Shown: positions 22,059-36,700 of the stretch, piece after piece
Layout: the number at the start of each line of letters is the position of its first letter
How positions within the stretch are numbered: position 1 is the first letter of the stretch
From: the human T2T-CHM13v2.0 reference genome, Homo sapiens
Direction: 5' to 3' (one strand)
Length of the DNA: 64,000 bases
NCBI RefSeq assembly: GCF_009914755.1
Contig: NC_060935.1
Program-made: the position numbers and the translations under genes
Notes under the pieces: model-generated
Databases searched by the model: none
What the model saw: only the letters and a program-made list of their open reading frames with translations
What the model was told of the DNA's origin: nothing

Positions 22059-24280
22059 CTAGTTGAATGTCATGGGTTGTTCTGGCCATAGCAACCAGAA
22101 TACATTCAACAAAAGGGAGTCTCTTCTCTGCTAATTTTCTCCTCAAAATGACCCATGACTTCTCAGTCATCAAACATTTTCTGACTTTCCTCTAAAGCAC
22201 TAGGCATTACTGGACAAATGGTGATACACAGATGGTTTATAAAATGTGTCCTGACCTTGAAGAGGTCACATTCTAATGGTGGAGCTCCTTCTTTGGAATC
22301 TGCTATGATAGGGTTAGGGTGTATTCATTTTGACTTGTTGAGTTAGATGTCTAGCGATGTATTACAGCAGGGCACACGTGGCCTTGAGGGTATCTCTGGA
22401 AACTTCAAATACACTTATTGCTGCAAACCCAGGACACCTCACCTAGACCCTGGGAAGTGGAGTGGATGGGGTGGAATGAAGTTTGAGAAGCAAGCAAGGC
22501 AGGCTAGCCAAGGTGCAATATCTCAGGAGAAGTGACCTGGGCAGCTGGCCTGGAAGTGGCACAGACTAAGAGGAATGGCAATTTTGGCCTCTTTGGCTCG
22601 TAGTAAAAATGGAAAAACAGAAGTCTAGAAGGAGATCTGGACTTGTCTAAGTTCAAACTGTAGAACGAATAATAGGCCTGGAAAGTGGGAACTTAAGGAA
22701 AGAGGAGAAAGAAGCCAGAATCCACGGGACTAGTTTCCAGCCTCAGGACCATTGACACCACCCATCCCCATCTCTGGATCCTGCTTCTCCAACTCCCCAC
22801 TTCCGGTGTCAGCCTCCCTTTTCCTCCCTGTAGTTTCAGCCTGTTCTTATGCCCATAGCAATGGGTACACCGGGCAGGCAGGATTGAAACAGCTTTGATC
22901 TACTTCTGCTTTGCTTCTGGGGGCTGTGCGTGGTATCCCTCTGGGGGTGCTCTGCTGAGCCTGCCTCTCCTCTCAGCTCCCCTGCCCTCAGGTTGCCTAG
23001 GCTGAGGGCTTGCCTCTGGTTTTGCTGGAGGCCCACCCCTTGTCCTGATGCCAGGGTTGTACCTGGGTCATGCCTGTCATCCTTGGGTCATCCCTCCTGA
23101 TGAGGGCTACCCACCTGCCTGACCCTGTATGTCAGATTCCCTTCCCAGGTTCATACTTCCCTGAGGGAGCTGTCTTACTTACAGATTCCTCTGGTGTTTA
23201 GAGCTTTCTGAGTCTCTCAGACCCTGAGTCTTGCCTGCCTTAGAGGCCAGGCCCTGGATGTGTCCAAGATCAACCCGCAGTTCCATGCAGACTTTTGCCA
23301 GCCCTGGGATGTTGCTATTAGGAACTCTCCAGTACTATATATACTCTGGACATGAGAATTATAGTCTGACCATAACACAACAAGGGATGGTGAACATCAG
23401 ACAGTAACTTATGGATAGAATGGAGATAAATAAACAAAATAATAGTCAGGCAGACTTTAGCTGTACTTGGGATGAGGGGACAGCCTTCCTTTAGACTTCC
23501 AATGTCTAAGATTGATTTATGTATACCCCTATTGTCACTACCCAAGAGATACCTCAGTGAGAAGAAAAACAAAATAATTTCATTTTATCCTATTACAATC
23601 TTTTGAAGACAGATTTATTAATCCCATTTCACAGGTGTGGAAACTGAGGTTTGTAGAGGAGCAATGAATTGGATCAAAGAGCTGGTAAGTTGTGAGTCTG
23701 ATCCCAAGAGGATGCACTTTCATGGCTTCCCACATTAACCATACCCTGGAGCCCATGCCAGGAGGATGGATTCTAGCCGAGGGCTCTCTAGCTAAGCACA
23801 CAGGGCATCCACTTCTTACCTTGTCAGTCCCAGGAAAGACGACGGCTTAGTGTACACATGCAAATGACATCCAGCTTCTCACTGCCGAATCCCTGAGCAC
23901 AAGAACTTGTTGTTCATTTCTATAAATGTTAACATATCAGGATGTATTTTGACATGCTACTAAGATAAGTGCTAGAGCTGACAATAATAATGTATAATTT
24001 ATGTCTCTCATATTACCTTCCCATCACTATACTTACATTATTACATAAATTAGTTTAATGTATCTGACATTCATCAGATAATTTAAGCATTTGTTCTTTT
24101 GTTTTTGTCTCTAGCTCTGCAGGCTTCTAGGCTGGGGATCATGGCACCATTTTGGCACTGACTTCAGGGTGCCCTGGGAAAGTTATGGAAGACTTTCCTG
24201 ACATGCATAGAGGAGATTTACTTTCTAGGGGAGTGATTAGACCATAGGGTACAGATAGCCCTGGAAGAAGCACTCACCTC

Positions 24281-24778
24281 TGAGGTAGACTGCAAAAAAT
24301 ATCCACAAATTCTTCCCATCCTGATATGAATACCCCTTTATAATGAAACTTTGGAGCCCCTCCCATCCAGAAGTACAGTCTATTCACCATATTAATTTAG
24401 ACTTGGCTATATATCTGGTTTTGGCCAGAAGGGCATCAGCAAACTTGTGCCCAGTGACTAGCCCTCTTTCTGCTGTTGGAAATCTGCACTTACCTTTATT
24501 TGAATGAGCCCCAGAGAGCCTGCTGGATGATGAGACCCGAGATCCAGTTACCTCCTTTGCCCTTGCTGATACTCAGCCATCTGCCAGACATGTGGATGAG
24601 GCTACAGACTGCTAGCTAACTGTAGCTACATGAATGGGCTCAGTAGAGGCCAGCAGAAGAACCACCCAGCTGATCCCAGCCCAAATTACTGATCCACAGA
24701 ATTCTGAACTAAATGCATGGTTGTTATTTTAAGCCAATACATGTTGAGGTAATTTGTTACACAACAAAAGATGATAGA
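24281..24778 (+). mobile_element. MaLR LTR (MLT1H/G-like)
   Basis: TGAGGTAGACTGCAAAAA start; AGAACCACCCAGCTGATCCCAGCCCAAATT; TTTTAAGCCA...TTTGTTACACAACAA end. Confidence 0.8.
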
Positions 24779-24839
24779 AAGCTGAGGTTGATTGATAGGG
24801 GAGCCCTCCTTGTAGTTGTTAGGGAGGAGAAGGGGATAT

Positions 24840-25055
24840 TTCTTGAGTTTCTACTATACTGGGGCTGAGCACTTATACTATAATATCTCCTTCAGTCCTC
24901 ACAACAGATATATTATTTCCTTTGTGATGTAAGCATTATTATCCCCATTTTATAGTTAAGAAGAACTTAGATTCAAAATATTTAGGTTTCTTGCCCAAAG
25001 TCACAGAGCTAGTAAGTGGTAAATCCAGGATTCAAACTCAGGTGTGTCTGCTTGA
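24840..25055 (-). mobile_element. MIR SINE
   Basis: ATTATTATCCCCATTTTATAG...CTTGCCCAAAGTCACAGAGCTAGTAAGTGG...GGATTCAAACTCAGG. Confidence 0.85.
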
Positions 25056-25829
25056 ACACCCCAACCCTGATCATTTATTCAGACCTTAAAAAGGAGAAAT
25101 ATTTGAACTGATGAATTCTGAGGTTGCATTTTTGCCCCAGGTGAGGAGCATACATAAAACAACTCCAAGTGTTTGCTATGACCATAGTCCAAAAAGCATC
25201 AATGCAGTGTCTGTTATTTGCAAGGCTTTTTCACTTGCAATATCTGACTTAATTACTCAGGCCTGTAGAGTCTGTATTATTATCCCTTTTTTCTAGACGA
25301 GGCAAGTAGATTCAGAGAAGTTAAGGAACTTGTCCAACATAAGCAGGGGAACCAGGACTTGAGCTCAGAACTCTTGAATCCAAGCTCCATGCCTGCTCCC
25401 TTGAGCCAGGCCATCTCTCTTTCCAGTTTCCTAGTGGGACCATAGGCTGGATGCTTTAAGTTCCAGAGCTTTATGTATTGACAGAGATGAAGACAACTGA
25501 TTTAGAGCTACTACCAGTGTGCGAGACCCTGTGCTAGACCCGTGTAGGTTTTAGAGACAAACAGGGGATAGTCCCTGCCCTCACAGGGTTGGCTCTCTGG
25601 CTGGGAAGACAGCACTCCACAGTGTGGTAAATCTGGGTCTATGCAGTGCAGTTGTATGGAGCATTGTCACATGACCGGGCATATCACCACCTTCTTTTCA
25701 AGTGATACTAACACTTGGCCACTTGAATAAATCAACATGTCCATTTCCACAGTCAATGCCTGTGCCCCATGCATGCTCCCTGGGACCCCTCCAAAGTGCA
25801 TCACTCTGTTTTCATGTTCACAAGTGTTA

Positions 25830-26400
25830 AGAAGCAGTCAGACTTAAAAGTGAAATGTCCAGTTTTGGTGAGGATATGAAGAAGCTGATAGAATTAGTAA
25901 ATTGATTCAAATTTTTCCATAAGACAATTTGGATTAGGTAACAAAATCCTCAAAATATGTATATATTTGATTCCCAAATTCTAGGAATGTATTCTAAGAA
26001 AATCATGTACCATGAAGATTTGCAAAGGTTTGGTTATAATATTTTTAATGATAATGATATTTAATTGGAAACAACCTAAATGCCAATAATAGGTATTGGT
26101 AAATAAAATATATCCACACAATGGATTGCTAACCAGTGAGTTAAAATGAGGCTGCAGATGAGTATCATGAGATATCATTAAAAGAAAATGTAGACTAGAA
26201 AAACAATATTGTGGTATGAATTCACCATGTAAACAAAATATATATGGAAAAAGTTTTGGAAGATTGTATGCCAAAGTGTTAACAATGGCTATTTCTTGTA
26301 GAGAGGTTAGGAAATTAGGGATATTTCTTATTTTCTTCTGTATGTTTCTTTGTATTTTTTCCATTTTCTTCATTAGTGGTGTGATGCTTTTAGTGTTGAA
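25830..26400 (+). mobile_element. Ancient L1 (L1ME-type) ORF2 end / 3' UTR fragment
   Basis: TTGGTGAGGATATG...TTCTAGGAATGTATTCTAAGAAAA...TGGAAACAACCTAAATGCCAA. Confidence 0.7.
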
Positions 26401-28795
26401 AAAAAAAGAGGAATAAGCCATATTAAACAGCATTCAGCATTTAAAATAAAATTTTTATAAAACCTGTTTGTAGAAACCTGGAAATCTGGTTGATACTGAT
26501 GGTCTAGTTTTAAATTCCATAGAAAGGTAGTTACAGAATTTAAGAAGTGAGGGACAGGAGAAACATTACTAAGATTTAGGAACCAATACCTCATTCCTTC
26601 CACCCTCACCCCAAAGCTATTGCCTTTGTTACTCACAGAGCTCATGTCTCTTATTTTGATCCAAAACAGACCTGACCATTATTTAGTACAAAGAAAAAAG
26701 TCTTTGGCATCACACAGATATGGGCTCATCCCCTACCTCTTACTACCGTAGTGATAATGAGCAAGTCAATATCACATCTCTGAGCATCCATTTCTTTGTC
26801 TTTATAGCATGGATATACAGCCTAGCTTGCAACAATGTTGAGAGAATTAGTGTGTAAAGAGCCAAGCATAGTACCTGACATAAGGTAGGTGCTCTATAAA
26901 TTGTCATCATTATTATTATTGGTGTTTTGGTATTGTTAGTATCACTTAAAGGATCAAGAGAGTTTGAATGCTATGCTCATATTTTCTGATGAGCAGATCA
27001 AATCAGCCATAGAAATAGGCTTCTGCAAGTTCCCAAGGGTAATAAGAAATGCTGGTTGATGCTTGAGTCCAAGACTCCTCTCTTCCCTGGCAGTGACATT
27101 TTAAACAGGCTCCCACAGACTTCAACCCAAAGCATCTTCACTCCTGAAAAAAGCACATTTCCTTTTGCAGGCAGGCAGGTCAGGATTATTATCTTGCATG
27201 TATAGAAAAGTGTATCATTTGTCCCCATATAAACATGGCTTATCCTAGAATGGGGCCTGATGTCCAACTCTGCATGTGCCCAACTCTGCATGCCAACTCT
27301 TGCCTGTGCTGATGGCAAAATGTTGGTCATTGATCATAATGCCCTTTCCTTCCAAGTCCAGGCATAGTCTTGAGATTCTTCTCAACACATGTTTCATGTA
27401 GCCATTGTCAATTGATCAGAGGTGGCAAATAAGATGAAACCCACTTGGCATGTCTGGTTGAAATCTGGGAGGCGGGGGGAGGCAAAGGCTGAGGGTTCAT
27501 CTATTTCCACCCCTGATTTACTTCTGGGGGGGTTAGAAGAGTCCTTTTCCCTCTGGGTCTCATTTTTCTCATGGATTCAATGAAGTCCTAGGATTACATC
27601 AGGTATGATGAAAGGTTTCCTTTCATGTGTCTATTTTGATGAATTAGTATCTCTATAAAAAGTATCTTGTACAAAATATTGAAGAGCCACATCCAGAGTT
27701 GGCTGGAGAGGGTAGATGAGTGATGCCTGCCATGGCGTGATATGAACTGGGGCCGGGGTAGGGGTACCAGGTATTTGCCCTTCCTGGATTGGATGGTCTC
27801 AAGTAGCTTGGAATTTTTACAGTTCTTAGAAACTTACTGGGGAGAAGTGACTGGTCCAAATAAGTTTTTGGTAAAGCTGGGCTCCCTGTTTGGGGCTTGT
27901 TCCACAAAGACTCAAATGCTACTGCAAGCCTCTGGGCAGCATGAGTGTTCCTCCAGAGGAAATACGAGTTCTGGGTGAATGGGCAGCATCAGTCTTTCCT
28001 TTTCTGGGACAGATCTTTGCTGCCCCAGTGAGGCTCTCTGCTCAGCCTGACACCCCTCACTGCAGCAGTGGGCTCTGGAGCCAGAGCCAGGCTGATCCTC
28101 CAGGCCAGCCAAGGGACTTTCTCTGGGTCTTTCCCAAAAGGTTTGGGGAAGGAAGTGATTCGATTCCAAAGTCTTTCCCCTGGGGTGGAGTTGGGGGGTG
28201 GGAGGCATTTCCCAGAGTGGGGCTTTGGCTAGGCAGGGGCTCAGCTAAGAGCTACAGGGAAGCAGCAGGGGTTCCTTAAATATGCAGAGGGAGCAGCTGC
28301 CTTTGATCTCTCCAGCGGCAGAAGCAGCCACTTCCCGCTGAGCTAGAGTGTGCATATGTGCCTGAGGGTGGCATGTGCTGTGTGTGGGTTAACATGTAAA
28401 TAAGGGTAGACTGAACACCAACGTGTGCACACACAGGCACAATTCATGCATATGTGCATGATTCATATGTGCGGACATGTGTATACACATCTGCATATGT
28501 GTGCTCTATTAGTGTGTGGGAGTTATCAGTGTGTGTACGTGTATATGTTGTATAGTTTGTTGGGCCTAGCACATGTTTGTACTTTCATTTATTTGAGATA
28601 TCTCTATAATACAATGTTATTATCTGCCCATCAACCCCCATTTGGGGCAATTCTTTTTCCTTTCGTTATTCTCAGCATTACTGCCAAAACTACAATAGTA
28701 GTTCAATCTGATCCTGCCTCCTGGCTTAATCAACTTATCATGGAATGAGTCACTTCTAGTACCCACTTACCTGGTCACAGATGGTCAGGAGACAA

Positions 28796-29183
28796 TGTGG
28801 TAGATTGTGTTACTCTTCAGAACATTTATTGCCCTCTTCCCTCTGTTGAAGTTAGGATGCCTGAACAACTTACTTTTGCCAATGGAATGAGGGTCCAGAC
28901 ACATGTCACACTTGGGTATGACTTCTAAGAGCCCTTTCATAACTTGCCACCTTTTCTCCTTTCCCTCTGCCATGAGACGTATGGTATTCAGATAAAGCCT
29001 GTTCCGTCATCCTGGTTCCCAGAAAGGAGGTGATATGGAGCAGAGCTATAGGCAGCCCATAATAAACCTTAGCAGAAGTGAAAAATAAACCTTGTAGGAA
29101 TGAGCTATGAAGATTTTAAGGTTTGGTTGTTGTTGTTTTTTAATTTTGTTACTGTAGCATAACTTATCCTAAACTAACTAAAA
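28796..29183 (+). mobile_element. MaLR LTR (MLT1I/J-like)
   Basis: TGTGGTAGATTG start; TTTGCCAATGGAATGAG; TTGTTACTGTAGCATAACTTATCCTAAACTAA end. Confidence 0.75.
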
Positions 29184-31176
29184 CAGATGGGCACTGGAAT
29201 CAATTGTCCCTTCTCTTGGATTTTTGACCTAGGAACCAGAAAGCACTTGTATTTATCTGCCATGTATCTGCTTCTATATACCATGACATGTGGCTGGAGA
29301 TCAGCAGGTGTGTGGCTATGTTTCCCACACATGGAGAAATGCCATGTTTTCCATATTTGACTGCACATTTGCTTTTTGTGTGAAGCTAACACACAGAGAA
29401 ATAGAGACCAAAGTGAGTAAAGAGGTCAATAAAGTCCATGGTTCTGAATTAGGCGACTCTGAGGCCAAGTTACATCCTTGTTTTGCCTCATCTTCATTGT
29501 CGCACCTCACCTTGATTCTGAATTCCCCTTTTAATGAAAGCCAATGTGAGTTAGGTAGGTTTCTGTCACTTGCACAAAGACTCTAATGTAATATGCATGC
29601 TCTTGTATGACTATATCCTTGTGTGTATAAACACTGCTATGTTTCTACATGTACTTTTGTTTATTCATGTATGTTCCCCCATTTGCGAAATGTGTGTGTC
29701 TGTGTATCCTTGTGTGTCTATGTGTGTCCTGTTAATCATATGCAGCCATATAGTTAGTTTATAGAACACGAGTATGTGTGTAAATTTGCTTGGCAAATAA
29801 TAGGTATTCAATAAACATTTTCTGAATGAATATACTCTATTACAACAGAATGTTCACATTTGTTGCACAATAAATGACTAAGAAAAAACTGTGTGGGGAG
29901 GAGGGATTGTTTATACATGGTAACAGTCTGCTAGAACATATCCTGACTGTACTTGGACTTGTGGTGGGGATGATCTGCATATTTCCACTTCTCCCAAATG
30001 GTTTACACATTGGGTTTGCAGGTTACCCCTTGGGCATCTACTTAGCTGGGCTTCATCCACCCTTGATCCACTGACAAGACAATAGAAAAAAGCATAGGCC
30101 CACCCAGCTGCTCTCTCGTGGTGCTGGGACAGCCACTGTGGAGGCCTGGGAAAGTTCTGCGTTTCAGGAGGATATTCTGGAAGGACTGCTTAGGTCCAGA
30201 GTCAGGATGGCTGATGTAACTCCCAGCCACCTGCTCAAGCTCTCAGTGAGGCTTACATTGTTGTAACAGGGAGTGTTAATCAACAGACTTTCTGCATTTG
30301 ACTTCGGCAGTTTTATGATTAGGTGGTTTGACAGAAACTTGGGATTTGATTTCTGCTATTTGCACTTTATTGTCATGTGTTAGGAGAGTATTTTGAATTG
30401 GTGAGGTGGAAAGATTGAAGAGACAGCAGTGAAGGGCAGTGGAGGTGAGATGGCAAGATTACTACAAAGAAGGAAAGCATCATGCTTGCAGGCTTTCTGA
30501 GTAAAAATCAGGGACCCCTGGGGTTGAAGGAACTTTAAAGATCAACTGCTTCAACCTAACCCCATGCTCAAATTTCCTCTAATAATATTAATTGTAATTA
30601 CAGTAACTATAATAACAGCTATTCTGTGTGAGCACCTACCAGCCTTTCAGGAAGTTGTTGGAGTCAGGCTTGATAGGCTGCAGAGAGTATAGATTCACCC
30701 AAGAAAGCTCAGTTCCACTCTTTCTTTTTCCTCTCTTTTCCCCTTCTGTCTTCATTATCACTGACGCTCCACCTGTATCTTTTGTTCTGATAACCACTTG
30801 GGACAATATGAAACAAGCACAAACCTTCTCTTGTGGGACAGCCCTGTAGAGGTGCGAAGTCGGTGCTAGTGGCCCCCAGAGTGGTGTATTTTCCAGATTC
30901 TTTAGCTTCAGTCCTTCCTACCCTGACCTTGAGCTCCCTCTCTCTCCTGTTTTCCTCTTCAGACAAATCAAGCATGTGAATTTCTCTCTTCAAATGTGGC
31001 TCCCAGTTGACCTATCCTCCCTAGTGAGGTGTGTCCAAGATAAAAATGCACTTCAGGAAAGACTTGTTATGCCCCAGGTGTGTCCTTGAAGCACCTTTAA
31101 ACCCAGTGGGATCTTTGTAAAGAAGAGTCCCTAAAGTTACTGGGGCCCTCAAATCCTGCCACGATGGTCAGTCACC

Positions 31177-31224
31177 ATCAGTTCTGGAAGGTTCAAATCA
31201 GTTCTGGAAGGTTCAAATCAGTTC
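31177..31224. repeat. Perfect 20-bp tandem repeat (2.4 copies)
   Basis: ATCAGTTCTGGAAGGTTCAA twice, then ATCAGTTC. Confidence 0.95.
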
Positions 31225-31796
31225 AACTAAATTCATTCAACAAATATTTAAAGTATGGACTTTGGAGTCAAGCAAACCTAAGTTTGGACTCTGATCTATC
31301 ATTTCTTAGTTGTCTGATTTAATATCAAGTGACAATTATTCAGAGCTCCTTTTCTTTTTCATCAGATTTACAAGGGGCAATCATACCTGACTCATGGGCT
31401 TTCCATGAGGGTTGATGGAAACCACATATGAGAAACACTAAGAATGATGCTTCATCCACCCACCCACTCATTCATTCATTCCTTTATTATGAAGGATAAA
31501 AGCTTGGGATATTCAGTGGTGAACAGGTCCTTGTCTTCACAGAGTTTAGAGGGGTGCCTGCTTGCCACATACTCAACAAATATCACCCTGCTGACCTCCT
31601 TCATGTCTTTGTACACACAGGAGACAGTGCTGGGAAACTGGGTGTGGGTAGAGTTACAAAAATGAATAAAACAGGGCAATGGCTCCCAAGGAACTGAGAT
31701 TTTAGGAAGAGCACTATGCCATTATGGAATTGGAGAGAGGGCTGACCAGTTTTTAAGCTTGAATTTAAATTTGACACTAAATCCTAGAACGAAAGA

Positions 31797-31823
31797 AACA
31801 ACAACAACAACAACAACAAAAAA
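31797..31823. repeat. (CAA)n microsatellite
   Basis: Read directly from the sequence. Confidence 0.9.
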
Positions 31824-32231
31824 CCTTGACTTTCTTGGTAACTGGGATGTTGATAGTCCACACAGAAGTCTGCACTGGAGCTGTGGTAATTGTAATCATG
31901 GAAGTCCAACTTCTCAGAAAGACCAACAAATCTAGAATCTGGATGAGGGAGACTAACTCTGAAGGGAATTATGGGGAGATGAAGTTCATTGACTATTCCT
32001 GAGTGTCTAACTCTGGTTGGGTCATTCATTCATTCACATTTATTGGAAGTCCAGTATGTGCCAGGCATAGACAATGTGCTGGTACAGATCCTTGTGTTTT
32101 TACAGTATCATGGGGGAAGTTGGCCTTTATAATCCAGTATGAAGAATGCTAAGATAGGGTGGGGAGTATCACAGTAATTTCCTATGTCATGGTGACCCAG
32201 GGAAGTATCATCCTTCTCCATCTTTCTTCAT

Positions 32232-33518
<1,287 letters not shown>

Positions 33519-33882
33519 TGCTATGGTCTGAATGTGTGTGTCCCCCCAAAATTCATATGTTGAAACCCAACCCCCAAGGTGATAGTATTAAAAGGTGGGG
33601 CCTTTGGGGGGTAATTATATATCATGAGCTCCACCCTCATGAATGGGATTAGTACTCTTATAAAAGAGGCCTGGGGGAGCTTGTTGGTTTCTTCTACCAT
33701 GTGAGAACTCAGCAAGAAGGTGCCATCATTGAAGCAGAGAGCGAGCCCTCGACAGACACCAAATCTGCTGGTACCTGGGTCTTGGGCTTCCCAGCTTCCA
33801 AAATATGAATAATAAATATCCGTTGTTTATAATTGATCCAGTCTAAGGTATTCTGTTATAGCAGCCTGAATGGACTAAAACT
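33519..33882 (+). mobile_element. MLT1A0-like 3' LTR
   Basis: TGCTATGGTCTGAATGTGTGTGTCCCCCCAAAATTCATATGTTGAAACC...TGTTATAGCAGCCTGAATGGACTAA. Confidence 0.9.
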
Positions 33883-34377
33883 CTGACCTTTCTTCTCTGT
33901 TTTTTTCTCCCTTCTCTGTCTTTTTCTCCCTTCTCTGTTTTGACTTCTCTCTCTCTTTTTTTGAGGTTACATTGAAGTTAGGCCAACAAGGCCAAGCAAA
34001 AGAATGGGATTTCATGCTAAATTTATTTTACTTCACTCAGCAAACATCTCTCAATTTCTCACTCCTAGCACAGTGAATAATACATATTAAGTGCTCAAAA
34101 AATGTTTGTTAAATGAATGTAAGAATAAATTTCAGTCTTAATTTAAATGTCTTCTCCTTGGAGAAGCCTCATTCAGACCATATCATGGGCAAAATTCCTC
34201 CACCCTAAGTTGGTCTCTACACCACTGCTTCACTTCATTTCTTTCATCATACTCATAAGGATCTGAAATTATATTAAAATATGTGTTTGTTTGTATGTTA
34301 TGGTCTGTCTCCCTTACTAGAATATAAGCTCTGGGAAATAAGGGAATTCATCTGGATCACCTATTCTCTCTAGTGCC

Positions 34378-34475
34378 TGGAAGAATGTCAGGTACACAGT
34401 AGACATTCTTAAATATTTACTGAAAGTGGAAGAATGTCAGGTACACAGTAGACATTCTTAAATATTTGCTGAAAG
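34378..34475. repeat. 49-bp tandem duplication at an L2 3' end
   Basis: TGGAAGAATGTCAGGTACACAGTAGACATTCTTAAATATTT(A/G)CTGAAAG twice, one mismatch. Confidence 0.95.
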
Positions 34476-34595
34476 AGGTTTGCTGGCTGGCTTCTTTGCG
34501 TCAGACCCCGTGTTAAGTACTGAGGGTTCAGAGATGTACAAGACATGTACCCTGGCCAGAAGACTCTTTCATGTTGGATAGAAAATGCCAAGTAA

Positions 34596-35869
34596 CAAAC
34601 CTGACAAAAACAAGCAATGGGGAAAGAATTCACTATTTAATAAATAGTGCTGGGAAAACTGGCTAGCCATATGTAGAAAGCTGAAACTGGATCCCTTCGT
34701 TACACCTTATACAAAAATTAACTCAAGATGAATTAAAGACTTAAATGTAAGACCTAAAACCATAAAAACCCTAGAAGAAAACCTAGGCAAATACCGTTCA
34801 GGACATAGGCATGGGCAAAGACTTCATGACTAAAACACCAAAAGCAATGGCAACAAAAGCCAAAACAGGCAAATGGGATCTAATTAAACTAAAGAGCTTC
34901 TGCACAGCAAAAGAAACTATCATCAGAGTGAACAGGCAGCCTACAGAATGGGAGAGAATTTTTGCAATCTATCCATCTGACAAAGGGCTAATATCCAGAA
35001 TCTACAAATTTATAAGAAAGAAACAAACAACCCCATCAAAAAGCGGGCAAAGGATATGAACAGACACTTCTCAAAAGAAGACATTTATGCAGCCAACAGA
35101 CATATGAAAAATGCTCATCATTACTGGTCATCAGAGAAATGCAAATCAAAACCATAATGAGATACCATCTCACAGCAGTTAGAATGGCGATCATTAAAAA
35201 GTCAGGAAACAACAAATGCTGGAGAGGATATGGAGAAATAGGAACGCTTTTACACTGTTGGTGGGAGTGTAAACTAGTTGAACCATTGTGGAAGACAGTG
35301 TGGCAATTCCTCAAGGATCTAGAACTAGAAATACCATTTAACCCAGCAATCCCATTACTGGGTATATACCCAAAGGATTAGAAATCATGCTACTATAAAG
35401 ATACATGCACACGTATGTTTTTCGTGGCACTATTCACAAAAGCAAAGACTTGGAACCAACCCAAACGTCTATCAGTAATAGACTGGATAAAGAAAATGTG
35501 GCACATATACACCATGGAATACTATGCAGCCATAAAAAAGGATGAGTTCATGTCCTTTGCAGGGACATGGATGAAGCTGGAAACCATCATTCTCAGCAAA
35601 ATATCACAAGGACAGAAAACCAAACACCGCGTGTTCTCACTCGTAAGTGGGAGTTGAACAATGAGAACACATGGACACAGGGAAGGGAACATCACACACT
35701 GGGGCCTGTTGAGGGATGGGAGGCTGGGGGAGGGATAGCATTAGGAGAAATACTTAATGTAAATGACGAGTTGATGGGTGCAGCAAACCAATGTGGCACA
35801 TGTATACCTATGTAACAAACCTGCACATTGTGCACATGTACCCTAGAACTTAAAGTATAATAATAATAA
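34596..35869 (+). mobile_element. 5'-truncated primate L1 (L1PA5-7 range, L1PA6-like) with disrupted ORF2 C-terminus
   Basis: ORF track gives L1 ORF2 peptides ([18 protein letters not shown]..., ...[21 protein letters not shown]...) split by stops/frameshifts; L1PA 3' UTR; 16-bp TSD AGAAAATGCCAAGTAA at 34580-34595 and 35870-35885. Confidence 0.97.
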
Positions 35870-35944
35870 AGAAAATGCCAAGTAAATTCTGAACATGATA
35901 CAACTGAAGCTCCACTTGAGGCTGACTCATCTGCCATCATGGAG

Positions 35945-36270
35945 AGTGGATTAGAGTTAGGAACAACTAACTGCTATAAGCAACAACCTCAGAAGATCAG
36001 TGACATAATTCAATAAGAGTTCTATTTTTCTCTCTTCCCAGTTCAGTGCACGTCAGGCAGCTCTCTACCAAATGGTGACTCAAGAACCTAGGCTCTTTGA
36101 TTTTGTACTGCCATTTTGTGAAATGGGAGAGTTGAAGATCACACTGGAAGTGGCGTGCATGGCGATGGCCTACATTTGATTGACTGAACCCCGCCATATG
36201 GCCCTAGCTAACTGCAAAGAGCTATGAATATTATCCATATGTGCACCTAGAAGGGAAAGGAAATAAATTT
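35945..36270 (-). mobile_element. Old MaLR LTR (MLT1K/L-like)
   Basis: ATTAGAGTTAGG...TGCTATAAGCAACAACC...CAGTGACATAA, resembling a reverse MLT1 end. Confidence 0.5.
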
Positions 36271-36397
36271 GATGGTCACAGAGCCTTTTGTTTTTGCCAT
36301 TGACAGGATGGAAGGGACAGGTCATAGACTGAGACAGGAAGACCACTAGAAGAATTAATGAGAACCACTACTAAAATAATAGCACTGGCCATGGGGC

Positions 36398-36700
<303 letters not shown>

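Noticed and set aside
25981-26433. 150-aa hydrophobic ORF
   Set aside because: Antisense of an AT-rich L1ME fragment; no domain features.
27264-27305. Three copies of CCAACTCT(GCATG); similar ATGTTTAG repeats at about 41769-41808
   Set aside because: Ordinary short slippage repeats with no further structure.
28340-28560. Cys/Val/His/Met-rich ORFs in degenerate TG/CA tracts (also about 14460-14640, 20340-20560, 29600-29780)
   Set aside because: Decayed dinucleotide low-complexity sequence.
34811-35657. L1 ORF2 peptides as a functional CDS
   Set aside because: 5'-truncated and broken by frameshifts and stops; reported as a mobile element.
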